Source of the DNA: Eledone cirrhosa
Taxonomy: Eukaryota
NCBI GenBank assembly: GCA_964016885.1
Contig: OZ024740.1
Span: forward strand, 361,274,001-361,338,000
Length of the DNA stretch: 64,000 nucleotides
Direction: 5' to 3'
Position numbers and translations under genes: made by a program. Shown in pieces: positions 24,430 to 37,770 of this stretch. Numbering within the stretch: position 1 is the stretch's first letter; each line of letters starts with the position of its first letter. The notes below the pieces were generated by a model. The model searched no databases. It worked only from the letters and a program-made list of their open reading frames with translations, and was not told the DNA's origin.

Positions 24430-27400
24430 GTGGTAGTAGTGGTGATAGCGGCGGTAGTGACGGTGCAATGATGGTAGTAGTGGTGATAGCGACTAGTAGT
24501 GGTGATAGCGGCGGTAGTGACGGTGCAGTGATGGTAGTAGTGGTGATAGCGGCGGTAGTGACGGTTGGTGATAGCGGCGGTAGTGACGGTGCAGTGATGG
24601 TAGTAGTGGTGATAGCGGCGGTAGTGACGGTGCAGTGATGGTAGTAGTGGTGATAGCGGCGGTAGTGACGGTGCAGTGATGGTAGTGGTGGTGATAGTGG
24701 CGTTAGTGACGGTGCAGTGATGGTAGTAGTGGTGATAGCGACTAGTAGTGGTGATAGCGGCGGTAGTGACGGTGCAGTGATGGTAGTAGTGGTGACAGTG
24801 GCGGTAGTGACGGTGCAGTGATGGTAGTAGTGGTGATAGCGGCGGTAGTGACGGTGCAGTGATGGTAGTAGTGGTGATAGCGGCGGTAGTGACGGTGCAG
24901 TGATGGTAGTAGTGGTGACAGTGGCGGTAGTGACGGTGCAGTGATGGTAGTAGTGGTGATAGCGGCGGTAGTGACGGTGCAGTGATGGTAGTGGTGGTGA
25001 TAGCGGTGGTAGTGACGGTGCAGTGATGGTAGTAGTGGTGATAGCGGTGGTAGTGACGGTGCAGTGATGGTAGTGGTGGTGACAGTGGCGGTAGTGACGG
25101 TGCAGTGATGGTAGTAGTGGTGATAGCGGCGGTAGTGTCGGTGCAGTGATGGTAGTGGTGGTGACAGTGGCGGTAGTGACGGTGCAGTGATGGTAGTGGT
25201 GGTGATAGCGGCGGTAGTGACGGTGCAGTGGTGGTAGTGGTGGTGATAGCGGTGGTAGTGACGGTGCAGTGATGGTAGTGGTGGTGACAGTGGCGGTAGT
25301 GACGGTGCAGTGATGGTAGTGGTGGTGATAGCGGCGGTAGTGACGGTGCAGTGGTGGTAGTGGTGGTGATAGCGGTGGTAGTGACGGTGCAGTGATGGTA
25401 GTGGTGGTGATAGCGGTGGTAGTGACGGTGCAATGATGGTAGTAGTGGTGATAGCGGCGGTAGTGTCGGTGCAGTGGTGGTAGTGGTGGTGATAGCGGCG
25501 GTAGTGACGGTGCAGTGATGGTAGTGGTGGTGATAGCGGTGGTAGTGACGGTGCAGTGATGGTAGTGGTGGTGACAGTGGCGGTAGTGACGGTGCAGTGA
25601 TGGTAGTGGTGGTGACAGTGGCGGTAGTGACGGTGCAGTGATGGTAGTGGTGGTGATAGCGGCGGTAGTGACGGTGCAGTGGTGGTAGTGGTGGTGATAG
25701 CGGTGGTAGTGACGGTGCAGTGATGGTAGTGGTGGTGATAGCGGTGGTAGTGACGGTGCAGTGATGGTAGTGGTGGTGATAGCGGCGGTAGTGACGGTGC
25801 AGTGATGGTAGTGGTGGTGATAGCGGTGGTAGTGACGGTGCAGTGATGGTAGTAGTGGTGATAGCGGCGGTAGTGTCGGTGCAGTGATGGTAGTGGTGGT
25901 GACAGTGGCGGTAGTGACGGTGCAGTGATGGTAGTAGTGGTGATAGCGGCGGTAGTGACGGTGCAGTGATGGTAGTAGTGGTGATAGCGGCGGTAGTGAC
26001 GGTGCAGTGGTGGTAGTGGTGGTGATAGCGGCGGTAGTGACGGTGCAGTGATGGTAGTAGTGGTGATAGCGGCGGTAGTGACGGTGCAGTGATGGTAGTG
26101 GTGGTGACAGTGGCGGTAGTGACGGTGCAGTGATGGTAGTAGTGGTGATAGCGGCGGTAGTGACGGTGCAGTGGTGGTAGTGGTGGTGATAGCGGCGGTA
26201 GTGACGGTGCAGTGATGGTAGTAGTGGTGATAGCGGCGGTAGTGACGGTGCAGTGATGGTAGTGGTGGTGACAGTGGCGGTAGTGACGGTGCAGTGATGG
26301 TAGTAGTGGTGATAGCGGCGGTAGTGACGGTGCAGTGGTGGTAGTGGTGGTGATAGCGGCGGTAGTGACGGTGCAGTGATGGTAGTAGTGGTGATAGCGG
26401 CGGTAGTGTCGGTGCAGTGATGGTAGTGGTGGTGACAGTGGCGGTAGTGACGGTGCAGTGATGGTAGTAGTGGTGATAGCGGCGGTAGTGACGGTGCAGT
26501 GGTGGTAGTGGTGGTGATAGCGGCGGTAGTGACGGTGCAGTGATGGTAGTGGTGGTGACAGTGGCGGTAGTGACGGTGCAGTGATGGTAGTAGTGGTGAT
26601 AGCGGCGGTAGTGACGGTGCAGTGGTGGTAGTGGTGGTGATAGCGGCGGTAGTGTCGGTGCAATGATGGTAGTGGTGGTGACAGTGGCGGTAGTGACGGT
26701 GCAGTGATGGTAGTGGTGGTGATAGCGGCGGTAGTGACGGTGCAGTGATGGTAGTGGTGGTGACAGTGGCGGTAGTGACGGTGCAGTGATGGTAGTAGTG
26801 GTGATAGCGGCGGTAGTGACGGTGCAGTGATGGTAGTGGTGGTGATAGCGGTGGTAGTGACGGTGCAGTGATGGTAGTGGTGGTGATAGCGGCGGTAGTG
26901 ACGGTGCAGTGATGGTAGTGGTGGTGACAGTGGCGGTAGTGACGGTGCAGTGATGGTAGTGGTGGTGACAGTGGCGGTAGTGACGGTGCAGTGATGGTAG
27001 TAGTGGTGATAGCGGCGGTAGTGACGGTGCAGTGGTGGTAGTGGTGGTGATAGCGGCGGTAGTGACGGTGCAGTGATGGTAGTAGTGGCGGTAGTGACGG
27101 TGCAGTGATGGTAGTAGTGGCGGTAGTGACGGTGCAGTGATGGTAGTAGTGGTGATAGCGGCGGTAGTGACGGTGCAGTGATGGTAGTGGTGGTGACAGT
27201 GGCGGTAGTGACGGTGCAATGATGGTAGTAGTGGTGATAGCGGCGGTAGTGACGGTGCAGTGATGGTAGTGGTGGTGACAGTGGCGGTAGTGACGGTGCA
27301 GTGATGGTAGTAGTGGTGATAGCGGCGGTAGTGACGGTGCAGTGATGGTAGTGGTGGTGACAGTGGCGGTAGTGACGGTGCAGTGGTGGTAGTGGTGGTG

Positions 27401-30232
27401 ACAGTGGCGGTAGTGACGGTGCAGTGATGGTAGTGGTGGTGACAGTGGCGGTAGTGACGGTGCAGTGATGGTAGTAGTGGTGACAGTGGCGGTGCAGTGA
27501 TGGTAGTAGTGGTGATAGCGGCGGTAGTGACGGTGCAGTGATGGTAGTAGCGGCGGTAGTGACGGTGCAGTGATGGTAGTAGTGGTGATAGCGGCGGTAG
27601 TGACGGTGCAGTGATGGTAGTAGTGGTGACAGCGGCCGTAGTGACGGTGCAGTGATGGTAGTGGTGGTGACAGTGGCGGTAGTGACGGTGCAGTGATGGT
27701 AGTAGTGGTGACAATGGCGGTAGTGACGGTGCAGTGATGGTAGTGGTGGTGACAGTGGCGGTAGTGACGGTGCAGTGATGGTAGTAGTGGTGATAGCGGC
27801 GGTAGTGACGGTGCAGTGATGGTAGTAGTGGTGATAGCGGCGGTAGTGACGGTGCAGTGATGGTAGTGGTGGTGACAGTGGCGGTAGTGACGGTGCAGTG
27901 ATGGTAGTAGTGGTGACAGTGGCGGTAGTGACGGTGCAGTGATGGTAGTGGTGGTGACAGTGGCGGTAGTGACGGTGCAGTGATGGTAGTGGTGGTGACA
28001 GTGGCGGTAGTGACGGTGCAGTGATGGTAGTGGTGGTGATAGCGGCGGTAGTGACGGTGCAGTGATGGTAGTGGTGGTGACAGTGGCGGTAGTGACGGTG
28101 CAGTGATGGTAGTAGTGGTGACAGTGGCGGTAGTGACGGTGCAGTGATGGTAGTGGTGGTGACAGTGGCGGTAGTGACGGTGCAGTGATGGTAGTAGTGG
28201 CGGTAGTGACGGTGCAGTGATGGTAGTGGTGGTGATAGCGGTGGTAGTGACGGTGCAGTGATGGTAGTAGTGGTGATAGCGGTGGTAGTGACGGTGCAGT
28301 GATGGTAGTAGTGGTGATAGCGGCGGTAGTGACGGTGCAGTGGTGGTAGTAGTGGTGATAGCGGCGGTAGTGACGGTGCAGTGATGGTAGTAGTGGCGGT
28401 AGTGACGGTGCAGTGATGGTAGTAGTGGCGGTAGTGACGGTGCAGTGATGGTAGTAGCGGCGGTAGTGACGGTGCAGTGATGGTAGTAGTGGTGATAGCG
28501 GTGGTAGTGACGGTGCAGTGATGGTAGTAGTGGTGATAGCGGCGGTAGTGACGGTGCAGTGATGGTAGTAGTGGCGGTAGTGACGGTGCAGTGATGGTAG
28601 TAGTGGCGGTAGTGACGGTGCAGTGATGGTAGTAGCGGCGGTAGTGACGGTGCAGTGATGGTAGTAGTGGTGATAGCGGCGGTAGTGACGGTGCAGTGAT
28701 GGTAGTAGTGGTGATAGCGGCGGTAGTGACGGTGCAGTGATGGTAGTAGTGGCGGTAGTGACGGTGCAGTGATGGTAGTAGCGGCGGTAGTGACGGTGCA
28801 GTGGTGGTAGTAGTGGTGATAGCGGCGGTAGTGACGGTGCAGTGATGGTAGTAGTGGTGATAGCGGCGGTAGTGACGGTGCAGTGATGGTAGTAGTGGTG
28901 ATAGCGGCGGTAGTGACGGTGCAGTGATGGTAGTAGTGGCGGTAGTGACGGTGCAGTGATGGTAGTAGCGGCGGTAGTGACGGTGCAGTGATGGTAGTAG
29001 CGGCGGTAGTGACGGTGCAGTGATGGTAGTGGTGGTGATAGCGGCGGTAGTGACGGTGCAGTGATGGTAGTAGCGGCGGTAGTGACGGTGCAGTGGTGGT
29101 AGTAGTGGTGAAAGCGGCGGTAGTGACGGTGCAGTGATGGTAGTAGTGGTGATAGCGGCGGTAGTGACGGTGCAGTGGTGGTAGTAGTGGTGATAGCGGC
29201 GGTAGTGACGGTGCAGTGATGGTAGTGGTGGTGACAGTGGCGGTAGTGACGGTGCAGTGGTGGTAGTAGTGGTGATAGCGGCGGTAGTGACGGTGCAGTG
29301 GTGGTAGTAGTGGTGATAGCGGCGGTAGTGACGGTGCAGTGGTGGTAGTAGTGGTGATAGCGGCGGTAGTGACGGTGCAGTGATGGTAGTGGTGGTGACA
29401 GTGGCGGTAGTGACGGTGCAGTGATGGTAGTAGTGGTGATAGCGGCGGTAGTGACGGTGCAGTGATGGTAGTGGTGGTGACAGTGGCGGTAGTGACGGTG
29501 CAGTGGTGGTAGTAGTGGTGATAGCGGCGGTAGTGACGGTGCAGTGGTGGTAGTAGTGGTGATAGCGGCGGTAGTGACGGTGCAGTGGTGGTAGTAGTGG
29601 TGATAGCGGCGGTAGTGACGGTGCAGTGGTGGTAGTAGTGGTGATAGCGGCGGTAGTGACGGTGCAGTGATGGTAGTAGTGGTGATAGCGGCGGTAGTGA
29701 CGGTGCAGTGATGGTAGTGGTGGTGACAGTGGCGGTAGTGACGGTGCAGTGATGGTAGTAGTGGTGATAGCGGCGGTAGTGACGGTGCAGTGATGGTAGT
29801 AGCGGCGGTAGTGACGGTGCAGTGATGGTAGTAGTGGCGGTAGTGACGGTGCAGTGATGGTAGTAGTGGCGGTAGTGACGGTGCAGTGATGGTAGTAGTG
29901 GCGGTAGTGACGGTGCAGTGATGGTAGTAGTGGCGGTAGTGACGGTGCAGTGATGGTAGTAGTGGCGGTAGTGACGGTGCAGTGATGGTAGTAGTGGCGG
30001 TAGTGACGGTGCAGTGATGGTAGTAGTGGTGACAGTGGCGGTAGTGACGGTGCAGTGATGGTAGTAGTGGTGACAGTGGCGGTAGTGACGGTGCAGTGAT
30101 GGTAGTAGTGGTGACAGTGGCGGTAGTGACGGTGCAATGATGGTAGTAGTGGTGATAGCGGCGGTAGTGACGGTGCAGTGATGGTAGTGGTGGTGACAGC
30201 GGCCGTAGTGACGGTGCAGTGATGGTAGTGGT
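24430..30232. repeat. G/T-rich minisatellite, 41-bp unit with a 32-bp deletion variant
   Basis: Unit GTGACGGTGCAGTGATGGTAGTAGTGGTGATAGCGGCGGTA repeated over about 5.8 kb with a few dimorphic positions. Confidence 0.97.
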
Positions 30233-31337
30233 GAACGTGGTGACGTTATTTGGTGATGGTGGTATAAGTGGTGGCGATTACGTATGTCTGATAGTAATGG
30301 TGGTGGTGATGACGGCGATAGTATGTATGGATATGATGATGGTGCATGTCGTTATCCAGGTCAGATCTGATTGATTGAGTATACGCAATGATCAAAGGTA
30401 TTCCGGATATGACCATCCCATCGTTTTTGTATATCTCTAATGTGCAATGTATCCTCTATTCAAGTCGACAATAAGGATATACGAATAACCGAGATTTGGC
30501 TGCTATTTCTAGTCGGTTAGCAACTACGTAGAAGGCTGTCCTGTCTTTTATATGATAGTGATTGTCGTTCTTGTTTATTCACAATACGTACATCAGAGGT
30601 TCTCAAAGTGGGAGCTAACTGTGTCCCCCCCCCCCACCCCCCGAGGGGGGAGGCAGTAGAGATGATATACTAGTATATTAAATATCAAACGATACATATT
30701 ATATATAAACATAGTAAAATAATGTCCTGGGTATGACATTAAACTACATCCTGTGGCAAGGCTCCAGTTCGGAAGTTCAGGAGCTGTGGGGAATGTGGAG
30801 TTACCCCTTAGTTGTCTAACTCCCAAGTCTGCTCTGGCCCGGAGTACTAGTACCTGTTAGGCCCCCATTTATGGGTTAAATATTCGAGTGGCGCCGGTAA
30901 GGTTTTATCAGCCACTGAAAAGAAAAATTTCAGAACCTCTGACATTCATGAAAACCATATCATTATAGAAAAACCCCCTTGATATCATTGGGGAGGGGAT
31001 CGTTTTCATCGGTTTTTTTCATGTGCTATCAACTAATCTAACCTCAAAGATGCTCGCAATCGACTTTTTTTTCTGGAAAACAGAGGAGATAGGAGGAGGC
31101 CCTCCTCGGAGTTTTCTCCACAATTTTTTTTTTTACACGTGTTATCCACGAATATGATCGCCAAACCAGTCGGAAATGACCAGCTTTGTAGAAAAAGTGG
31201 TTGAGGAGGGGGCAATCATCGAAGTTTCAGACCTTTTAGATTTTCGCAATCGACTTTTTCCCCCATAGAGTTACAAAGTTAACTTTTGTTTGTAATAAGT
31301 ATTATGCGTTTAGTTATGAAGTGTCGACTAGTGGCCC

Positions 31338-34300
31338 TGTAACGAATAAATGGAATTCAGTTGTAATGGATAGATGGAATTGTTGGTATGATGGTTTCAA
31401 TGCAAAGAATAATACCAACAATTCCATCTATCCATTACAACTGAATTCCATTTATTCGTTACAAATGGTGACCCGTGAAACAGACACACAACCTTCTGAT
31501 TATTCACGACGATTTATCTACGGCAGAAATGGCAGTCCTTGCGGCGTTTACATTAAGGGTACCACCTTTCTGGGTGCACGATCCAACACTGTGGTTCGCG
31601 CACATCGAAGCGCATTTCGCATCGAACCGGATCGTTAGCGAGGCATCTCGTCTAACACATGTCATTGGTTCGATGTCTCCGGAGATTATGAATGAGGTTC
31701 GAGACCTCATTTTAGCACCACCCGGCTCTGTGTCATATGACACATTTAAAAGAACATTAGTTAAGCGGACGTCGTAGTCGCAGCAGAAGCGCTTGCACCA
31801 GCTCCTCATATCGGAGGAATTAGGAGATAAAAAGCCGACGCAACTCCTACGGCGAATGAAGCAGCTCCTGGGAGAACATAAACTCCCGGATGAAATTTTC
31901 AAGCAACTCTTCCTCCAGCGTTTGCCTTCTGCCACACAAATTGTCTTAGCGTCCACCAGGGAGTCCACCACCATTGAAGAAATCGCCGAGCTGGCAGATA
32001 AGATCATGGAGGTACCACATCCGCACTCAACTTTAGCTAATGTGACGCCAGCCGTGCCTTCCACCAATCCTTTCCTTCAGCCCTCCAGTGCCACAGAAAT
32101 GCCCGATCTACACCAGTTACTGGCACAGCAAGCAACACAGATACAAGCCTTGACGCAACAAATTCAGGCCTTGTCACTGGGTAACCCTGCCACGCGTCGG
32201 TCTAACAGTCGAACTCGCCGATTTGGTGGTCGCTCAAGAAGTCCGAGTGCATCCCGTGATTCACCAGAAATGTGTTGGTACCACAAAAAATTCGGTAGAT
32301 GGGCGCGCAAGTGCAGCCATCCCTGTTCATTTGTTTCGATGTCGAATCAGGGAAACGACACAGCCAGAAACTGAATGCGACGGACGTTTCTGGCCCTCGT
32401 AATCAAAGTCGCCTGTTTTTCATTCAGGATCGCGTCACAGGCACGCATTTCCTGGTCGACACCGGTGCTGAAGTCAGCATCATCCCTGTTTTCTGCGTTC
32501 CTGGAAAAGAGAAAGAAACACCAGCCTGGCTCCATGCGGTGAATCATTCACATATTCCGACCTAAGGAGAGCAGTCCCTGACACTAAATTTAGGACTACG
32601 CCGCACCTTCCAGTGGGTATTCGTTGTGGCTAAGCAGCCGACCCCTATTTTAGGAGTTGATTTTCTTCAGCACTTCTCACTGATAGTGGACCTAAAAAAC
32701 CAACGACTCGTTGACAACTCCACTAGTCTCGCTGTGCGCGGCTTAGCCGCTAGAACAGCTACAGTCAGTCCAGTCATTTCACGATCGGCAACAACAACCC
32801 AGCACAGCTATATAATCAACAAATACCCAGACGTAGCTCGATCAGTATTCAACGCCTGCCCTGTAAAACATAACGTCACTCACCATATAAACACACACGG
32901 CCCACCTGTCCTGCACGACCTAGAAGGCTACCACCAGACCGACTGAAGTCCGTCAAACAAGAATTATAGCACATGCTGGATCTCGGCATCATACGTCCGC
33001 CCAGCAGCAACTGGTCCTCACCCATACATTGTGTATTCAAGAAGTCGTCGAACGACTGGCGAATCTGTGGCGACTACCGTGCACTGAACAACTGCACTGT
33101 GTCTGGCTCTTATCCAGTGCCTCATCTACAAGACTTCTCTAGTTCGCTGCACGGAGCTCGCATATTTTCGAAGATCGATCTTGTACGAACTTACAATCAG
33201 ATACCTGTGTAGCCCGCTGATATTCTGAAGACCGCCGTCACAACACCCTTTGGAATGTTCGAATTCCTGCGTATGCCTTTCGGTCTACAGAAGATGTATA
33301 CCCCACTGTGCAGAGACAGCCCAACCGCTTACAGATTTGCTGCGGCAGCGTACAACCAAAAACGCGAACATCAATCTCAGCGAAAAAGAATGTACCGCTT
33401 TCGCTGAGTTGAAGAAAATGTTGTCCGAGGCTACAATGCTGAGTTACCCCAAACCTGACGCCCCAATGTTTTTATTGACTGATGCATCCGATTTCGGAGT
33501 TGGAGGTGTGCTTCAACAACTCTCTGGCGATATTTGGCGACCTGTATCTTTTTTCTCTAAGCGATTAAAACCCGCAGAAACTAAGTACAGCACATTCAGT
33601 CGTGAATTATTGGCAGCATACTTTGCTGTCAAGCATTTTCGACACATGCTAGAAGGTCGTGTGTTCTCCATATACACAGACCACAAACCACTAGTGTACG
33701 CGTTCAACGCCAAACCTGATCGCCACTCACCCAGAGAGGTCCGACATCTGGACTTCATTTCTCAGTACACTACTGACATTCGGTACATTAAGGGTGCCAC
33801 CAACTCAGCAGCTGATGCCCTGTCGCGCATGGAGCTTAACGCAATCCACACCACTGCCACTATCGATCTCCAGAAGATAGGAGCGGATCAACAGTATGAC
33901 GAGGTCTGCTACAGCTCCGGAAATCATCCTTGAAATTGCAGGAATGCCCGCTGCCCTCTTCTTCAGGTTATATTTGGTGCGACATTTCCACAGGCCACAA
34001 GCGCCCATACGTGCCTCGGAAACATCGATGCGACGTTTTTTCGGCACTGCATTCTCTGGCACATCCTGGCGTCCGTGCCACGCAGAAACTGATGGTTGCC
34101 CGCTTTGTGTGGCCCAACATCAACAAGGACACCCACGAATGGGCTAGGAACTGTATCGCGTGCCAGAAGGCGAAACTTCACCGGCACATCAAAGCCCCGA
34201 TCGGTTCTTTCACAAAACCTGATGCACGGTTCCAACATGTGCACATAGACATCGTTGGACCTTTGCCTCCTTCTCACAACTACACTCATCTTCTCACCTG

Positions 34301-36220
34301 TGTCGACCGATTATCTCGCTGGCCAGAAGCTTTACCCTTGACGGATACTACCGCGGAAACTGTCGCCAAAACGCTAGTGTTTCACTGGGTTTCGCGTTTC
34401 GGCTCACCCGCGACCATCACTATAGATAGAGGACGTTAGTTCGATTCGCACCTCTTTACCGAGCTGACTCGTCTCCTCGGGTGTAAACACATCCGTACAA
34501 CGGCGTATCATTCTGCAGCTAACGGCATGGTTGAACGTTTCCACCGTCAGCTAAAAGCAGCCATCAAGGCTTACGCAGACTCCACTAACTGGTTCGAATA
34601 CCTCTCACTCATTCTTCTTGGTATTCGTTCCACTGTTAAGGCGGGAGTCGGACATTCTCCGGCTGAAATGGTTTATGGCACGATACTCGCCCTACCCGGG
34701 CAAATGATCGCTCCTGTTTCGCCACAAGAACTTCCAGACCCAACAAAATATGTGCACCGTTTACGGTCATCGATGTCGCATCTGTCTCCTTCAACCGCTA
34801 AACAACAGTACGTTACTTCACACATGGTGCGTTACTACCAAAAGAAATCGATACATGGACGCATGTTTTCGTTAGAAATGACGGTATTCCATCGCCACTT
34901 CGTCTGTCGTATTCCGGGCCCTATAAGGTGATACAGAAACGCCCTAAGTATTTCGTCCTCGACTTGAACAGGAAACGAAATACGTCTCCATTGACCGTTT
35001 AAAAAAAGCGTTCATGGAACAGGATTTGCCACCAGTACCCACCGTTTCTCCAGCAGACTCACCAACAACTTTGCCCGACACAAACACGACAAATTCTGCA
35101 CAACAACGACACACCAAATCTGGAAGAACAGTTTGATGGCCCACGCGATACGTACAAGTTTATCGGGTAAGTACAAATTATGCACCTGGTCGACATTTCA
35201 GCTAATTTGTACATTTCAACGAATCGGCCAATTTCTGTGGTCATGAACTATTGCTACACACAAATCAATTGACTCTGTGCATCATACACATCAAAAGAAC
35301 AGACAAAAGAACATTTTTCCATTTCTATGAAATGAATGAACTTTTCGTATGAACATTTTCAATTTTATGTACCATCACAGTGCATTTTCCTGCATGTAAA
35401 TTTGTTTTGCTTTGCATGTTTTCTTTCATTTCGCCAGTTTGTAAATGACTTTAATGTAGTTTTTTCTTCTGATTTTCTTCAACAACACACCTAGTCATAC
35501 CTATCTTAATTTCACATTCACTTAGATCGTTCAATCTTTAGCTTTCTCACTGGAAGGGTACTATAACGGCGGCGAACATTCGAAACCGAATCTGAGCTTT
35601 CCCGCCTCTGGGACAAGCCGTGGTTAGTTGTTTACGCCCGGCAGACCAACCCCTTGGGAGATGCTAAACACAGGTCAGATGTTGTTTACACCTGGCAGAA
35701 AAGAGGTCAGATGATATATCTATCCTTCTAACTGCACCCTTATAAATACAAGGGTTGTTTACGACCGGCAGAAAAAGTGAAACTACAGACAAGACAGGTC
35801 GCATTTACACACTCTCGTCATGAAAAATCCAGTCTGCCCACTAATTTCTCACACGCCATTCCCGCCTGGCTGATTGAATCCTACTACTGCTAAGACAAGA
35901 AAGTATACTAATACGCACACACGCACACATAGTAAGTTAACACTGTTTGCATTTTACACGCACCAATTCTGTCTGTCATATTGTATCTTTTAGATACAAT
36001 ACAAATTATATTATATAGTATTCTGGCTCGTAGAGCCACCAACTCATTGTACGAATATTTCATGTTATAGATTTTATCATTCAATGTTCAACTTGAATAT
36101 TGTTATAATAAAATAAACATTGTAACAATACAATCCTGGTATTATTCTTTGCATTGAAACCATCATACCAACAATTCCATCTATTCACTTATCCGTTACA
36201 ACTGGATTATATTCATTACA
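31338..36220 (+). mobile_element. Degenerate Ty3/gypsy element, CsRn1-like, with asymmetric termini
   Basis: 4-bp TSD GCCC (31334-31337, 36221-36224); PBS TGGTGACCCG at 31466; gag PPFWVHDPTLWF...CWYHKKFG...C; LVDTGA; [11 protein letters not shown]; TDAS; HPG..C..C; VERFHR. Multiple stops. Confidence 0.93.
35562..36220 (+). promoter_or_regulatory. 3' LTR of the CsRn1-like element
   Basis: Follows purine-rich GGAAGGG; contains three GTTGTTTAC..GGCAGA repeats, TATAAATA at 35741 and AATAAA near 36107; ends TTACA before the TSD. Confidence 0.7.
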
Positions 36221-36236
36221 GCCCCTTTTGTGATTC

Positions 36237-37280
36237 ATGACCATTTGCTCAGTTAGCCGCTACAATACTGGCGTGTTGAAATTGTTTAAGGGTTTGTTCG
36301 CCTCGTGGTCCCAACAGACAGAAGGGAGAAAACGTTACCCCGAGGATGGTGAAGGAGAAGGACTGGAACAGCCATTCCAACTCGCTCTTGCGGGTAGCCA
36401 ACTCCGCTCCAATAACAATGAGTAGGGATAGGGTCTGGGACCCAAGAACACCAGAAGTCTCCACTGTCGCAGGCTCGACCACAAACCTGTCAGAGAGTGA
36501 TTAATACTTCGACAATTTGCCCTCTTCGACTCGACGAGCGGCGAGGCCTGGGCTAGTCGCCGAATGCACCAAGATGTTGCTGGAGAAGGTGTCGCAACAT
36601 ATAGCATCTCGGATGAAGGGCTTACCACCGCAGAAAAGGGAGATTTTCATGCCGTCTGGCCTTTTACCGTCCCTCGGTTAAGCCCCGCTGGCTGGAGCTG
36701 AGAAGAGAAGCCTACGGTGTCCAGGCCATACTTTATGATCTCGCTGAGAGCAACATTGCGTGTGAGGCGACCGACACGATAATGACATGACAGTGGATGA
36801 AGGCAGTAGATTTGACAGCGGTATTTGTGAGACTCACAGATCTGGAGGCCCATCCTCGGGGAAATAACGATACGCAAACAGTCGCTGTCCAGCTGAGGGC
36901 CAGTCGAGAGCGATGGTACAGCGTTAAGCCGGACTCCGCTGTAGGGTTAGGAGGCCGAGTGAAAACATGCCAGACGATGTTGGTCATGCCGGCGCACCAG
37001 TTTATCCGAGGTCATGATGCACTGAATGGCATCCCATTTGTTTTGAGGGGGAAAGGCGATGGACGTCCGCAGGGCGGATGTCAAGCTGGTCCTTTGTCGC
37101 GTAGGCCACTTTGCGTTCCCCGACCACTGTAGGTCCCGTTGTTTCGTGGAGAACCCCGTTTACGAGGACACAGCAAGAGGTCACCGACGAAAGAAATGGC
37201 TAGTGAAACTGGAGACCGGTAACCGAAGCCACTATTGTTGTTTAGGCACCAAATCAATTCTAACCGAGCAGACCTATAGC
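36237..37280 (-). mobile_element. Decayed RLE-type (CRE-like) non-LTR retrotransposon, 3' part
   Basis: Frameshifted C..C..H..C, GRLTRNVALSEII...LQPAGLNRG/DGKRPDG and CDTF-like motifs. Confidence 0.7.
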
Positions 37281-37564
37281 TAAACTCTAGAGCTGTGACT
37301 TGAACTGCAATTTTCAATGTGTCCTTTTGGTTTAAGCTGGGTGTGATTTTAGGGTAATTTGGCTGTTATCTCTAGCAAGTTGAGTGACTAGGTAAATGTT
37401 TTATTTATGTACGTTTGGTGCTCAAAGCAGCAGGATGGCGAGGTGAGGGCAATTTGGTTGCTATTTCTAGCAAGTCGAGTGGCTAGGTGAAGTGGATTCA
37501 GGCGAAGTATTCCAGTTGCTGTTTCCTGGCTCTTAGCCTCGGTAGTGTGTATTTCGGCGTGAAT

Positions 37565-37770
37565 AGGCGTGGCTTAGTGGTTACGATGTTTGGTCCACGA
37601 TCGTAATGTGAGTTCGATTCCCGCACCATGCGGCCGTTGCTCCAGTTCAATGAGTTGTACCTGTAATACAAACACTATGTCACACTGAATATCCCTGAGG
37701 TTCACTTTAAGGGTGTACGTGTCTGTGAAATGTTCAGCCACTTGCACACACGTGGAAACAGCATATCGAA
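37565..37770 (+). mobile_element. tRNA-derived SINE
   Basis: A box TGGCTTAGTGG and B box GTTCGATTCC, followed by a body sequence that recurs near 37890, 39920, 42700 and 62630. Confidence 0.6.

Noticed and set aside
24345-30137. 1930-aa and 990-aa minus-strand ORFs
   Set aside because: Products of a 41/32-bp tandem repeat that cycles through all three frames; no domain or splice evidence.
24430-30232. Possible CRISPR array
   Set aside because: No unique spacers, no cas genes, eukaryotic context.
37565-37627. tRNA gene
   Set aside because: A and B boxes are present but the cloverleaf is incomplete and the sequence continues into a SINE body.
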